Shown here: positions 18,800-27,552 of the stretch, piece by piece
How positions within the stretch are numbered: the stretch's first letter is position 1
Layout of the letters: the number at the start of each line of letters is the position of its first letter
Source of the DNA: Geotalea daltonii FRC-32
GTDB lineage: Bacteria > Desulfobacterota > Desulfuromonadia > Geobacterales > Geobacteraceae
Assembly: GCF_000022265.1 (NCBI RefSeq)
Contig: NC_011979.1
Location: 480,001 to 512,000 of the forward strand
DNA length: 32,000 nt
Reading direction: 5' to 3'
Made by a program: the position numbers and the translations under genes
Notes under the pieces: model-generated
What the model was told of the DNA's origin: nothing
Database searches by the model: none
The model's input: the letters and a program-made list of their open reading frames with translations, nothing else

Positions 18800-20041
18800 A
18801 TGAAGCTGCTGAAGACTTACGGTTTCTCCCTGCTTCTGATCCTGTCAATCAGCGCCGGGCTTTTGCTCGGCTCCTTCCATCCCGGCGCAGCCCGTGCCAT
18901 CCGCCCTTTGGGAGACTTGTTCCTCAATCTGCTCTTCATGATCATCGTGCCGCTGGTATTCTTTACCGTTTCCTCCAGCATTGCCGTTAGTGCCGACAGT
19001 AGAAGGCTAACCAGAACTTCATCGGCCATGGTCATAGTCTTTCTGGCGACAAGTCTTGTTGCAGCCGTCGGTGCGCTGCTGTTCATGCTCATTGTCCAGC
19101 CTTCGCCTGGTGCCGGCGTGGTCCTCAAGGGACAGCCGGTGCAGGAGGTCCCTTCCCTGCTGGCCCAGCTGGTCAAGGCCTTTACCGCCAGCGATTTTCC
19201 CGAGTTGATCTCACGCAGGTCAATGCTGCCGTTGATTGTCTTTTCAATCGGCGTGGGATTGGCGACACGCTCCAGTAAAGAGGCAGGTGCTTCATTTGGC
19301 CGCTTCCTGGCCGGCGGTGCACAGGTCTTCATCCGTATGGTGGATTACGTCATGTATGCGGCACCCATAGGACTACTGGCCTGGTTTGCCGCCACCGTAG
19401 TCGATACCGGCGAGGCCCTTGCCGCGGCATATTTCAACGTCTTCATCGTCTACTATACCTTCTCTGCCTTTTATTTTGTGGCTGGCTTTTCACTCTACGC
19501 CTTCCTGGCCGGAGGCGTTGTTGCCGTACGCCGCTTCTGGGCCCACATGCTCGAGCCTTCCCTTACCGCGCTCGGCACCTGTTCCAGCATGGCCACCATG
19601 CCGGTGAATCTGGAGGCGGCGCCGAAAATGGGGGTGCCACAAGGCATCAGTGACGTGGTGATCCCGGTGGGGGCTGCCCTGCACAAGGATGGATCGGTGA
19701 TCGGCGGCGTGCTCAAGATACTTTTTGCCATGAGTCTCTTCCACCAGGAACTTACCTTCAGCCGTCTGATTGTGGTGGTGGGTGTCGCCATTCTTGTCGG
19801 GGTGGTGATGGGTGCCATTCCCAGCGGCGGCATGATCGGTGAAATGCTGATACTGTCGGTGTTCGGTTTTCCACCGGAAACCCTGCCGCTTCTTGCTGCC
19901 ATCAGTGTCATTATCGATCCCCTTGCCACGCTCCTCAATGCCACCGGTGACAACGTGGCTGCCATGCTGGTGACGCGGTTGACTGACGGAGTCGCCTGGG
20001 AAGAAAAAGAGGGGGGGCAGCCATGGGCAAGAAAAGCTTAG
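18800..20041 (+). CDS. Dicarboxylate/amino acid:cation symporter (DAACS / GltP-SstT-TcyP superfamily)
   Basis: About 8 TM helices plus re-entrant loops, with family blocks CSSMATMPVNL and GAALHKDGSVIG. GAGG lies 6 nt before the ATG. Confidence 0.85.
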   Translation: MKLLKTYGFSLLLILSISAGLLLGSFHPGAARAIRPLGDLFLNLLFMIIVPLVFFTVSSSIAVSADSRRLTRTSSAMVIVFLATSLVAAVGALLFMLIVQPSPGAGVVLKGQPVQEVPSLLAQLVKAFTASDFPELISRRSMLPLIVFSIGVGLATRSSKEAGASFGRFLAGGAQVFIRMVDYVMYAAPIGLLAWFAATVVDTGEALAAAYFNVFIVYYTFSAFYFVAGFSLYAFLAGGVVAVRRFWAHMLEPSLTALGTCSSMATMPVNLEAAPKMGVPQGISDVVIPVGAALHKDGSVIGGVLKILFAMSLFHQELTFSRLIVVVGVAILVGVVMGAIPSGGMIGEMLILSVFGFPPETLPLLAAISVIIDPLATLLNATGDNVAAMLVTRLTDGVAWEEKEGGQPWARKA

Positions 20042-20706
20042 CTCTTTTTCTCCTTTTTAGCCTGTTCATGTTGACCGGCTGCCGGCATCAGCGGCCATGG
20101 CAGTCTTCTCAAGACTGTCTGCTCAGGCTCCCCATGGAGAGCCGGCAGGCAGTAGTGGTGACAACTGATGGGCTATCGTCTTCCGGGGCGGCAATTCATC
20201 TCTTTGAACGGGAGAATGGCACTTGGCGGCCCGTTGATGGGCCGATTGCGGCAGTGGTCGGAAGAAACGGGCTGGCTCAACCGGGTGAGAAGCGGGAAGG
20301 GGATGGCAGAACGCCAATGGGCACATTTCTTCTGGAGAGAGGTTTCGGCTACGAGCCTCTGCAGACGAAAATACCTTATATCGTCCTCACACCGGATATG
20401 ATCTGGATTGATGATCCCAGCTCTCCGCTCTATAACACTCTGACCATGAAAGGAGAGGGGCTGGGGTTATCTCACGAGATCATGAGACGGACCGATGACC
20501 TCTACAAGTACGGCATTGTCATCGAATACAACACCAAGGAGACATTGCCGGGCGCCGGAAGTGCCATCTTTTTCCACATCTGGCGCAATGATGAGGCCCC
20601 CACCTCGGGATGTGTGGCGGCTGCGGAGACCGATATCCTCCGCATACTGCACTGGCTTGACCCAAGGCAGCATCCGATGGCAGTTATCGGCGATGCCTGT
20701 CCCTAG
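20023..20706 (+). CDS. L,D-transpeptidase (YkuD-fold, COG3786-like) lipoprotein
   Basis: Lipobox LFMLTGC. The catalytic block FFHIW...APTSGCVAA fits the YkuD His ... (S/T)xGC signature. It overlaps the transporter gene by 19 nt. Confidence 0.72.
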   Translation: MGKKSLALFLLFSLFMLTGCRHQRPWQSSQDCLLRLPMESRQAVVVTTDGLSSSGAAIHLFERENGTWRPVDGPIAAVVGRNGLAQPGEKREGDGRTPMGTFLLERGFGYEPLQTKIPYIVLTPDMIWIDDPSSPLYNTLTMKGEGLGLSHEIMRRTDDLYKYGIVIEYNTKETLPGAGSAIFFHIWRNDEAPTSGCVAAAETDILRILHWLDPRQHPMAVIGDACP

Positions 20707-20858
20707 TGCGTTTGCGGCTCCTCGGCTTAAGCCCAGCCAGACCTGCATCGCCGCCCCTTGCCAGAACCAAAATCCCTCAGAATTCTTGCGATGAACTAAC
20801 CGCACGGGACACTATCCTCCAACCATAGTCTTCATTGGCCACAGTACTTTCCATCCGA

Positions 20859-20888
20859 TTCACCAGCGACCGATCAAGCTGTTATACT
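20859..20888 (+). promoter_or_regulatory. Candidate sigma70 promoter of ldh (TTCACC-N18-TATACT with TG extension)
   Basis: -35-like TTCACC at 20859-20864 and TGTTATACT at 20880-20888, about 38 nt before the ldh ATG. Confidence 0.4.
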
Positions 20889-20925
20889 TAACGTGTTACC
20901 TCGATAACTCTATGTGGAGGTCCAT

Positions 20926-21867
20926 ATGAAGATAGGTATCGTCGGATGCGGTTTTGTCGGAGCTACGGCAGCCTATGCCATGGTCATGCGCGGGGTCGGT
21001 CGGAAACTGGTCATGGTGGATGTGAACCGCGCCCGTGCAAGAGCCGAGGCAGCGGACATTTCCCATGCCGTTCCCTTTGCCCACGCACTGGAGGTGATTG
21101 CCGGGGAATATGAGGAACTGGAAGGGGCTTCAGTGGTGCTGGTTGCCGCCGGGGTGGGGCAAAAGCCCGGGGAAACACGGTTGCAGCTCCTGGAACGGAA
21201 TGCGGCTATTTTCAAGGAGGTCATTCCCCAAGTGCTGCGCCATGCTGGCGACGCCGTGCTGCTGGTGGCGTCCAATCCGGTGGATGTGTTGACCCATCTT
21301 GCTGCCTCCATAGCCGGAGAGTTGGGAATACCCTCCTCCCGTGTAGTCGGTTCGGGCACCACCCTTGATACGGCCCGTTTCCGTAGTCTGCTCAGCTCAT
21401 CCCTCGGTATCGATCCACGGCATGTGCATGCTTATGTCCTTGGCGAGCACGGGGATTCGGAGGTTCTGGGCTGGTCGACGGTGACGGTCGGTGGCATGCC
21501 ACTCGATGCCTTTGCCCATCGCAAGGGGGCTTCCTTCCCGCCGGGGCTGATTGCGTCAATAGATCACCAGGTAAGGCATGCCGCCTACGAGATCATCAGC
21601 GGCAAGCAGGCCACTTACTACGGCATAGGCAGTGCCCTGGCCAACATCGTCGAGGTCATGGTCTATGATCGCCGTTCGATCCTCACCGTCTGCACACCTT
21701 TGCCGGAGGTGGAGGGTGTAGAGAATGTCACCATTGCCCTGCCGCATCTGGTGGGAGGGCGGGGGGTGCTGGAGACCTTTCCTCCGGCACTGGATCACAT
21801 GGAGCGGGAGGCATTGCGCAACAGTGCGCGAATCGTGCGCAATGCCATCGAGAGTATTAATGTGTGA
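20926..21867 (+). CDS. ldh: L-lactate dehydrogenase
   Basis: Rossmann block [13 protein letters not shown] and substrate-loop [14 protein letters not shown] (Gln, the LDH type, not the Arg of MDH), plus [13 protein letters not shown] lies 6 nt before the ATG at 20926. Confidence 0.85.
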   Translation: MKIGIVGCGFVGATAAYAMVMRGVGRKLVMVDVNRARARAEAADISHAVPFAHALEVIAGEYEELEGASVVLVAAGVGQKPGETRLQLLERNAAIFKEVIPQVLRHAGDAVLLVASNPVDVLTHLAASIAGELGIPSSRVVGSGTTLDTARFRSLLSSSLGIDPRHVHAYVLGEHGDSEVLGWSTVTVGGMPLDAFAHRKGASFPPGLIASIDHQVRHAAYEIISGKQATYYGIGSALANIVEVMVYDRRSILTVCTPLPEVEGVENVTIALPHLVGGRGVLETFPPALDHMEREALRNSARIVRNAIESINV

Positions 21868-21895
21868 CATGTGGAGTAGAATCTCCAGATCCACG

Positions 21896-21928
21896 AAAAA
21901 AGCCCCATGCATCCCATGGGGCTTTTTT
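21896..21928. terminator. Bidirectional intrinsic terminator between convergent ldh and ytxH-like gene
   Basis: AAAAAAGCCCCATG-CATCC-CATGGGGCTTTTTT is a perfect 8-bp GC-rich stem flanked by A6 and T6. Confidence 0.75.
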
Positions 21929-21954
21929 CGTGCTTTTAACAGTCCGTCATAATG

Positions 21955-22239
21955 TCATGCACGCCCCAGCGGTTCTTCGCCGGTTTCCATGGTCGCTGAC
22001 ATCTGCTCCTTTTTTTCCCGGAACATATCCCTGCCGGTGTTATAAAAGCTCTTCATTTTTTCCTGTGCCTGGCTGCCATATCCTTTCATTTTGCTTACGG
22101 TGTCGTTACTGAGATCGGTGATCCGGCCCCGCACTTCTTTGCCGGTTTTTGGGGCGTAAAGTAGCGCCAGCCCTGTGCCTACCGCTGCCCCGGCCAAAAA
22201 AGACAACATTGCACCTGTGCCTGAACACTTTTCTGCCAT
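21955..22239 (-). CDS. YtxH-domain small membrane-anchored protein
   Basis: MLSFLAGAAVGTGLALLYAPKTGKEVRGRI is the YtxH signature, followed by a charged helical tail. AAGGGGG RBS lies 6 nt upstream of the ATG. Confidence 0.72.
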   Translation of the reverse strand: MAEKCSGTGAMLSFLAGAAVGTGLALLYAPKTGKEVRGRITDLSNDTVSKMKGYGSQAQEKMKSFYNTGRDMFREKKEQMSATMETGEEPLGRA

Positions 22240-22405
22240 GAGTTACCCCCTTTCTCATTATTTGCACGTTTTCATCTTTGTTCAATTATAGCATGCGGTT
22301 GTTCCATGTGAATGGAGAGTGGCAAAATACGTGGCATAAGCCCTGTCAAACCGGGTACATGCATCAGGAGTAAAAGGCCTTGCCTAATTTCTTAAATTCT
22401 TGTAT

Positions 22406-22687
22406 TTATTTATTATTTGAGAAAATTAAAGATGCCTCTGATTTTTTTTGGGGTTCTCTAACCGGCGGGCAGAAAAAGTACAGGTGTTTTTTGTATAACA
22501 GCTTCCTGACAAAATCATTAACCTTGTCTTTGGTAATGGTAATAACCTTCGGATTGGCCGCACGGGGCATAAATCTGCCGATCATGCCCGGCCTTTCCGC
22601 TTCAACCGAGCGAGTAAAGCCACGCCCGCGGGCCATCATCAAAAGTCCGAGCAAAACCTGCCAGGGTACCCTTAAAAAAAGCGGCAT
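22406..22687 (-). CDS. Hypothetical small protein (weakly supported)
   Basis: 93-codon ORF with AGGGAAGG just upstream of the ATG and a signal/TM-like N-terminus (MPLFLRVPWQVLLGLLMMA). Its 3' third runs into an AT-rich, Lys-rich stretch. I recognise no family. Confidence 0.2.
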   Translation of the reverse strand: MPLFLRVPWQVLLGLLMMARGRGFTRSVEAERPGMIGRFMPRAANPKVITITKDKVNDFVRKLLYKKHLYFFCPPVREPQKKSEASLIFSNNK

Positions 22688-22928
22688 TCCTTCCCTGTTA
22701 GCTTTCAGTAAGCCGAACCAGCTGCACCTTGCTGTAATCCGCCCCGTCTTTCTGGAGCATGCGGTTCACCGCCTCTGCTGCAGCTTCCCCAACCGTACAG
22801 ACCGCGCTCCCCCCACATTGACCTGAATAGCTACAGCTTGCCGTCGTTGTTTGCCGGATTTGGTTACCTTTTACCACAACAGAGCGAGGTGCTTCCCTTG
22901 CCCTGCGTGAACCAGTCTAGGAGCTGTC

Positions 22929-23924
22929 ATGACCAGACTCTCTGTCGTCATTCCTGTATATAATGCTGAAAAGACTATTGAATCCCTCTGTAATACCCTC
23001 TTTGATTTGTACCGCAACAGCTTCGAACTTGAAGTGGTCCTTGTCAACGACAACAGCCGGGACAGCACCCATATCATCTGTCAGCGCCTCCACGAGGCAA
23101 ATCCGGAGACTGTAACATATATCAGACTGGCACGGAATTTCGGCGAGCACAGTGCCGTTATGGCCGGTCTCAACAATGCTACCGGCGATTATGCCGTCAT
23201 CATGGATGATGATTTTCAGAATCCCCCGGAGGAAATCAGCCGCATGGTGGCTGAGATTGAAAAAGGATACGATGTCGTCTATACCCATTATCCAGTGAAG
23301 AGGGACAGCATTTTCCGCAACCTGGGCAGTGCCTTCAATGACAAGATGGCTAACGTCATCCTGCAGAAGCCTGCCGATCTCTACCTGTCCAGCTTCAAGA
23401 TCATGAACCGTTTCTTGATCAATGAAGTGATAATATATACGGGCCCCGACCCGTACATCGATGCCATCATATTCCGTTCGACCTCCAATATAGGCAGGGT
23501 GGAGGTGCGCCATGACAAAAGAAGGCATGGCCGGTCCAATTATACCATCGGCAAGCTGATTTCGCTCTGGGGCAACATGGTGGTCAGCTACTCGCTTATC
23601 CCCCTCCGGATACTGGGTCTGGCGGGCTTTATCATGACCCTCATAGGGGTATACGTGGGAGGGACCTCCCTGCTTGATGCCATTCTTCCCTATCGTCAGG
23701 ATCCGACCGAATATGAGACTCTTATTGCCCTTACTACTTTTTTCCGAGGCTTTCAGCTGTTGGCCGTAAGTGTCGTCGGTGAATACGTGGGCCGTATTTA
23801 CCTTGCCCTCAACTGCGATCCGCAATTCGTTATCCGCGAGAAATTTTCCGCCCAGAAAAAACTGCAGTTTGCTGCTGTACATACGGGATTAAATCATGGC
23901 TACAATAAGAAAACAGGCAATTAG
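22929..23924 (+). CDS. Family 2 glycosyltransferase of the polyprenyl-phosphate sugar synthase type (ArnC/GtrB/DPM1-like)
   Basis: LSVVIPVYNAE, DxD block IMDDDFQNPPEE, and two C-terminal TM helices around the ArnC/GtrB-typical GEYVGRIY motif. Confidence 0.85.
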   Translation: MTRLSVVIPVYNAEKTIESLCNTLFDLYRNSFELEVVLVNDNSRDSTHIICQRLHEANPETVTYIRLARNFGEHSAVMAGLNNATGDYAVIMDDDFQNPPEEISRMVAEIEKGYDVVYTHYPVKRDSIFRNLGSAFNDKMANVILQKPADLYLSSFKIMNRFLINEVIIYTGPDPYIDAIIFRSTSNIGRVEVRHDKRRHGRSNYTIGKLISLWGNMVVSYSLIPLRILGLAGFIMTLIGVYVGGTSLLDAILPYRQDPTEYETLIALTTFFRGFQLLAVSVVGEYVGRIYLALNCDPQFVIREKFSAQKKLQFAAVHTGLNHGYNKKTGN

Positions 23925-25326
23925 GGTAGACCAGGGTTCAGAGATGGCCGCTGTAAGGTCCCATGTCTTGGGCTTTGGCGGGGATGTCGCTGCAGAAATC
24001 CATTATTCGCGGACTACCAGCAAATCTATCCATTCCGACGATTATATTGAGGCCTGGATAGCCCGGCGACTGGCTTCTCCTCGACTGCAGGTAAAACCGA
24101 TTCCTTTGGCGGCGATGGGTCACTGGCTCATCGAATCGGGTACAGGCAATATAATTCATGACTCCGGCATGTTTTTCACCATTACCGGGGTCAAGGCCAG
24201 ACATCGAAGTCTTGGCGGCGATATGGAATGGGACCAGCCGATAATAGACCAGCCGGAAATCGGCATCCTCGGCATCCTCGTCAAGAGCATCAACGGAGTT
24301 TTGCATTTCTGCCTTCAGGCAAAGGAGGAACCGGGCAACATCAATTCGGTTCAATTGTCACCAACGGTTCAGGCAACCTACAGCAATTATACTAAAGCTC
24401 ACGGCGGGGCAGTTCCGCCGCTGGTCGGTTACTTCCTGAATCCGCAACGGCAACGGGTGCTTTTTGCCAAACTGCAGACAGAAGATGGGGGCCGCTTTCT
24501 CTTTAAATCCAACCGAAACATGATTGTTCGGGTAGGGGAAGGTGAATTGGAGGAACTGCCCGATCCCTTTATCTGGCTCACACTTCGCCAGATAGCATTG
24601 CTGCTCAGGCGCGACAATCTGGTCCACGCCTGCACCCGCAGCATTATTTCCTCGCTGGTGCTCTCAAGAGCCAGCCAGACCTCTTGTGCAGAAGGAGTAA
24701 TGTCGCTTGCCGAGGCAATCCAGTGGCTGGACGATGAAAAGGCGGCAAATCATATTACGGTGAAGCGCCAAGGGCTGAAGACGCTTAAGGAATGGTCACT
24801 GGACGAGGATTGCTGCTTTTCACACCGGGAGAAACGCTTCTTCAGGGTTATAGGCATTGATGTTAAATCGGTTGGCCGGGAAGTTTCGGCCTGGAGTCAG
24901 CCCATCCTCGACAATCCTGAAATGGGCATAATCGGCCTTCTTACCCAAGTACGCCAGGGGGAGCGGCATTTCCTCATGCAGGCCAAGGCTGAAGTGGGCA
25001 ACAGAAGCATGGTCCAGCTAGGACCGACTGTGCAGTTCACCCCCAGCAACTATGCCGGCAATGAAAAGCTACCGAAACCATTCCTCTTCGACGATTTTTC
25101 CGCCGGCAGTCTCTTTCCGTTTTCATGGCAAAACTATCAGGCCGAGGAGGGCGCCCGTTTTTACCGTGAGGCGCATCTGCACCGTATTGCGGAGCTCCCG
25201 GAGGGGGACGAACTGCCACTCCCGCAAGGCTTTTGCTGGATGTCTGAGACCCAACTCCGTTTTTTCCTCCATTTGGGAGAAACTGTCAATTCGTGTGCGC
25301 GCAGCATCATTTCGTGCCTCCTTTAA
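23896..25326 (+). CDS. NDP-hexose 2,3-dehydratase (EvaA/TylX3/SpnO family, two tandem domains)
   Basis: The family block is duplicated internally: DQPEIGILGILVKSINGVLHFCLQAKEEPGN ... LSPTVQATYSNY, and DNPEMGIIGLLTQVRQGERHFLMQAKAEVGN ... LGPTVQFTPSNY. Each copy is followed by EDGGRF / EEGARF. The start is uncertain: 23896 overlaps the GT2 gene by 29 nt, and 23944 is the alternative. Confidence 0.85.
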   Translation: MATIRKQAIRVDQGSEMAAVRSHVLGFGGDVAAEIHYSRTTSKSIHSDDYIEAWIARRLASPRLQVKPIPLAAMGHWLIESGTGNIIHDSGMFFTITGVKARHRSLGGDMEWDQPIIDQPEIGILGILVKSINGVLHFCLQAKEEPGNINSVQLSPTVQATYSNYTKAHGGAVPPLVGYFLNPQRQRVLFAKLQTEDGGRFLFKSNRNMIVRVGEGELEELPDPFIWLTLRQIALLLRRDNLVHACTRSIISSLVLSRASQTSCAEGVMSLAEAIQWLDDEKAANHITVKRQGLKTLKEWSLDEDCCFSHREKRFFRVIGIDVKSVGREVSAWSQPILDNPEMGIIGLLTQVRQGERHFLMQAKAEVGNRSMVQLGPTVQFTPSNYAGNEKLPKPFLFDDFSAGSLFPFSWQNYQAEEGARFYREAHLHRIAELPEGDELPLPQGFCWMSETQLRFFLHLGETVNSCARSIISCLL

Positions 25327-25406
25327 GAAAAAGAGATGAAGAAGGGAACCTGTTTCCATTTCAAAAAGGAGTTCGGGTTGATCTTTCCCAGGGAAAAGGT
25401 GGTCAC

Positions 25407-26393
25407 ATGACCGGCTGCAGCGAAAAATTGCCCATCGGCATCCTTGGCTGTTCGGATATAGCCCGGCGCAAGTTCATTCCCGCCCTGGGAAAGACGAAGT
25501 CGGCCGTTCTGCAGGCCATTGCCAGCAGCCACCCGGTAAAGGCGGCGATAGCTCACCCTGACCTGCCGGTTGAACCGGTCAGTTACGAAGCGCTACTGGC
25601 TGATCCAGGGATACGGCTTTTGTATATTTCGCTGCCCAATCACCTTCACGAGGAGTTTGCCCTCCGCGCCCTGCAGGGGGGGAAACATGTCATCTGTGAA
25701 AAACCCCTCGGCCTTTCGACAGCTTCAGTCAAGCGAATGCTTGCCTGCGCCGAGGAGAAAGGGCTTCTGCTCTTCGAAAATCTCATGTACCTCCATCATC
25801 CCCAGCATGCTGCAGTGAAGAAGGTAATAGAAAGGGGAGAAATCGGCCGCATCAGGACCCTGCGCAGCGTCTTCTGTTTTCCCTGTCCCGGCGATGGTAA
25901 TTTCAGGCTCGATCCGGCCCGGGGGGGAGGAGCATTTAACGACCTGGCACGTTATGCGGTCAGCACAGCCCGGCATTTTCTCCGGGGCCGGTGTCACTCT
26001 TTCAGAGGCTATGCTCTGGACCGCAACGGCCTCAATGTGGCCATTCATGGCACCGCCCTGACCACGGCCCAGGAAGTTTTTACATACTCCCTGGCCTTCG
26101 GCCAGTCATACGAAAGCAGCTATGAGATTGTCGGTGAGCAGGGGAAGATCAGGGTGGATCGTGCCTATACGACGCCTTCCGAAATGGCAAACCACATCCA
26201 GGTCACCAGCGGTGGCAAGGATGCTTCATTCACCATACCACCCGCCGATCACTTCCAGCTCATGATCCAGGATGCCTGCAGCATGGTCCTCAGTGGTAGG
26301 GGCTTTAAAGAGATGCACACACGGAATCTGCAACTGGCGGACATGGCAGAGCAGATGGAAAAAGGATGTCACCATGAAGAACTCCGATACTGA
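25407..26393 (+). CDS. Gfo/Idh/MocA-family oxidoreductase (NDP-hexose 3-ketoreductase-like)
   Basis: N-terminal Rossmann block LPIGILGCSDIARRKFIPAL and the family block HVICEKPLG. It lies immediately after the 2,3-dehydratase, as TylC1/SpnN/KijD10-type genes do. The ATG at 25407 is used; the track start at 25293 overlaps the upstream gene. Confidence 0.78.
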   Translation: MTGCSEKLPIGILGCSDIARRKFIPALGKTKSAVLQAIASSHPVKAAIAHPDLPVEPVSYEALLADPGIRLLYISLPNHLHEEFALRALQGGKHVICEKPLGLSTASVKRMLACAEEKGLLLFENLMYLHHPQHAAVKKVIERGEIGRIRTLRSVFCFPCPGDGNFRLDPARGGGAFNDLARYAVSTARHFLRGRCHSFRGYALDRNGLNVAIHGTALTTAQEVFTYSLAFGQSYESSYEIVGEQGKIRVDRAYTTPSEMANHIQVTSGGKDASFTIPPADHFQLMIQDACSMVLSGRGFKEMHTRNLQLADMAEQMEKGCHHEELRY

Positions 26394-27507
26394 TGTTATT
26401 CAGGTTCGCTATTGGGACTACAGGGATAATTATCAGCAGCATCGTGAAAAGATACTGGACGTGGTAGACAAGGTTTTTTCCTCGGGGCGCCTCATCCTGG
26501 GGAGCATGGTGTCCGAATTTGAGGAGGAATTCTCCGCCTTCTGCGGCGCTCAATTCGGCATTGGTGTCAATTCAGGGACCGATGCGCTGTTCCTTGCGCT
26601 GAAAGCCTTGAATATAGGGGCAGGGGCAGAGGTGATAACCGTTTCCAACACCGCAGTGCCGACTGTAGCCGCCATCAGGTCAGCCGGCGCCACCCCTGTT
26701 TTTGTCGATGTTGAAGATGATACCTTTCTCATGGATGTGACACGGCTGGAGCAGGCTGTAACCTCTGCCACCCGATGCATACTTCCTGTCCATCTCTACG
26801 GTCAGGCGGTGGATATGGCGCCGCTTCTGCAACTGGCAGCTAACAGGAATATTCATGTGGTTGAAGACTGTGCCCAGGCAGCTGGTGCCTTGTACCAGGG
26901 GAAACGGGTCGGAAGCTTCGGGGACATTGGTACCTTTTCCTTCTATCCGACCAAGATCCTTGGGGCTTACGGCGATGCCGGGATGACTGTCACCAACAGG
27001 CCGGAGCTGAAAGAACGCCTGAAAAGACTACGTTTTTACGGCATGGAAGGTGGATATTACTCCGAAGAAGAGGGTTACAACTCAAGACTGGATGAGGTTC
27101 AGGCTGCCATCCTCAAGCTGCAACTGCCAGAGCTGAATGAAGAAGTCATGGGCCGGGCAAAGCTGGCCGCAATATACAATGAAGGGCTGCGCGGTTTGGG
27201 GGACGTGACTCTGCCGGTTGTCCGCGACGGCAGAACGCACCAGTGGTATCTGTACACCATCAGGACCGGCCGACGCGATGCCCTCATGCAGCATCTGACA
27301 GCAGCGGGGATTGAAACCCGCATCAACTATCCCACACCCATTCATCTCATGCGCGGCTACCGGTTTCTCGGTTACGGGGAAGGGAGCCTTCCGGTAACGG
27401 AAAGGCTGGCAGGAGAAATCCTGTCGCTGCCCATGTACCCTCAGCTGCCCGAGAGTCATGCGGAGCGGGTAATCGAGGCTATCCGTGAATTTTTCCAGGG
27501 GCATTAG
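26374..27507 (+). CDS. DegT/DnrJ/EryC1/StrS-family PLP-dependent sugar aminotransferase
   Basis: Family blocks are GVNSGTDALFLALKAL, HLYGQ, VVEDCAQA and the lysine block FSFYPTKILGAYGDAG. The ATG at 26374 overlaps the upstream stop by 20 nt. Confidence 0.85.
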   Translation: MKNSDTDVIQVRYWDYRDNYQQHREKILDVVDKVFSSGRLILGSMVSEFEEEFSAFCGAQFGIGVNSGTDALFLALKALNIGAGAEVITVSNTAVPTVAAIRSAGATPVFVDVEDDTFLMDVTRLEQAVTSATRCILPVHLYGQAVDMAPLLQLAANRNIHVVEDCAQAAGALYQGKRVGSFGDIGTFSFYPTKILGAYGDAGMTVTNRPELKERLKRLRFYGMEGGYYSEEEGYNSRLDEVQAAILKLQLPELNEEVMGRAKLAAIYNEGLRGLGDVTLPVVRDGRTHQWYLYTIRTGRRDALMQHLTAAGIETRINYPTPIHLMRGYRFLGYGEGSLPVTERLAGEILSLPMYPQLPESHAERVIEAIREFFQGH

Positions 27508-27552
27508 CATTATTCGATACGCGGTTCAACTGCCAGAGGCCGTGGGAAATAT

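Noticed and set aside
18331-22300. Possibility that tRNA-Pro marks the edge of an integrated genomic island.
   Set aside because: There is no integrase, excisionase, transposase or phage gene downstream. I found no direct repeat of the tRNA 3' end in the window. The downstream genes (transporter, ldh, ytxH) look like core metabolism with the same composition as the rest.
22318-22365. GGCAAAATACGTGGCATAAGCCCTGTCAAACCGGG looked faintly like a GEMM-I (c-di-GMP/cGAMP) riboswitch core. A similar GGCCTAAACGCAATGG occurs near 31910-31940.
   Set aside because: The invariant GGGACGCAAAGCC segment, the GNRA tetraloop/receptor arrangement and the paired P1 are all missing. No gene lies appropriately downstream of the first site.
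22575-22637. Minus-strand strings GGAAAGGCCGGGC...GGCAG and GATGGCCCGCG, which resemble conserved RNase P RNA segments.
   Set aside because: Their order is reversed relative to RNase P RNA, with only about 40 nt between them. None of the other conserved regions or helices could be found. I judge this a chance resemblance.
22380-22826. 148-codon + strand ORF in the gap upstream of the sugar operon.
   Set aside because: It starts in an AT-rich promoter-like stretch without an RBS. The translation is low-complexity (Arg/Pro/Ser/Leu) with no motif. The opposite strand has the more protein-like reading.
22917-23882. 321-codon ORF on the minus strand, fully antisense to the GT2 gene.
   Set aside because: The plus-strand frame carries unmistakable GT2 motifs (VIPVYNAE, DDD, GEYVGRIY). 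The antisense translation has no recognisable motif and no RBS. Long stop-free antisense frames are a common by-product of sense codon usage.
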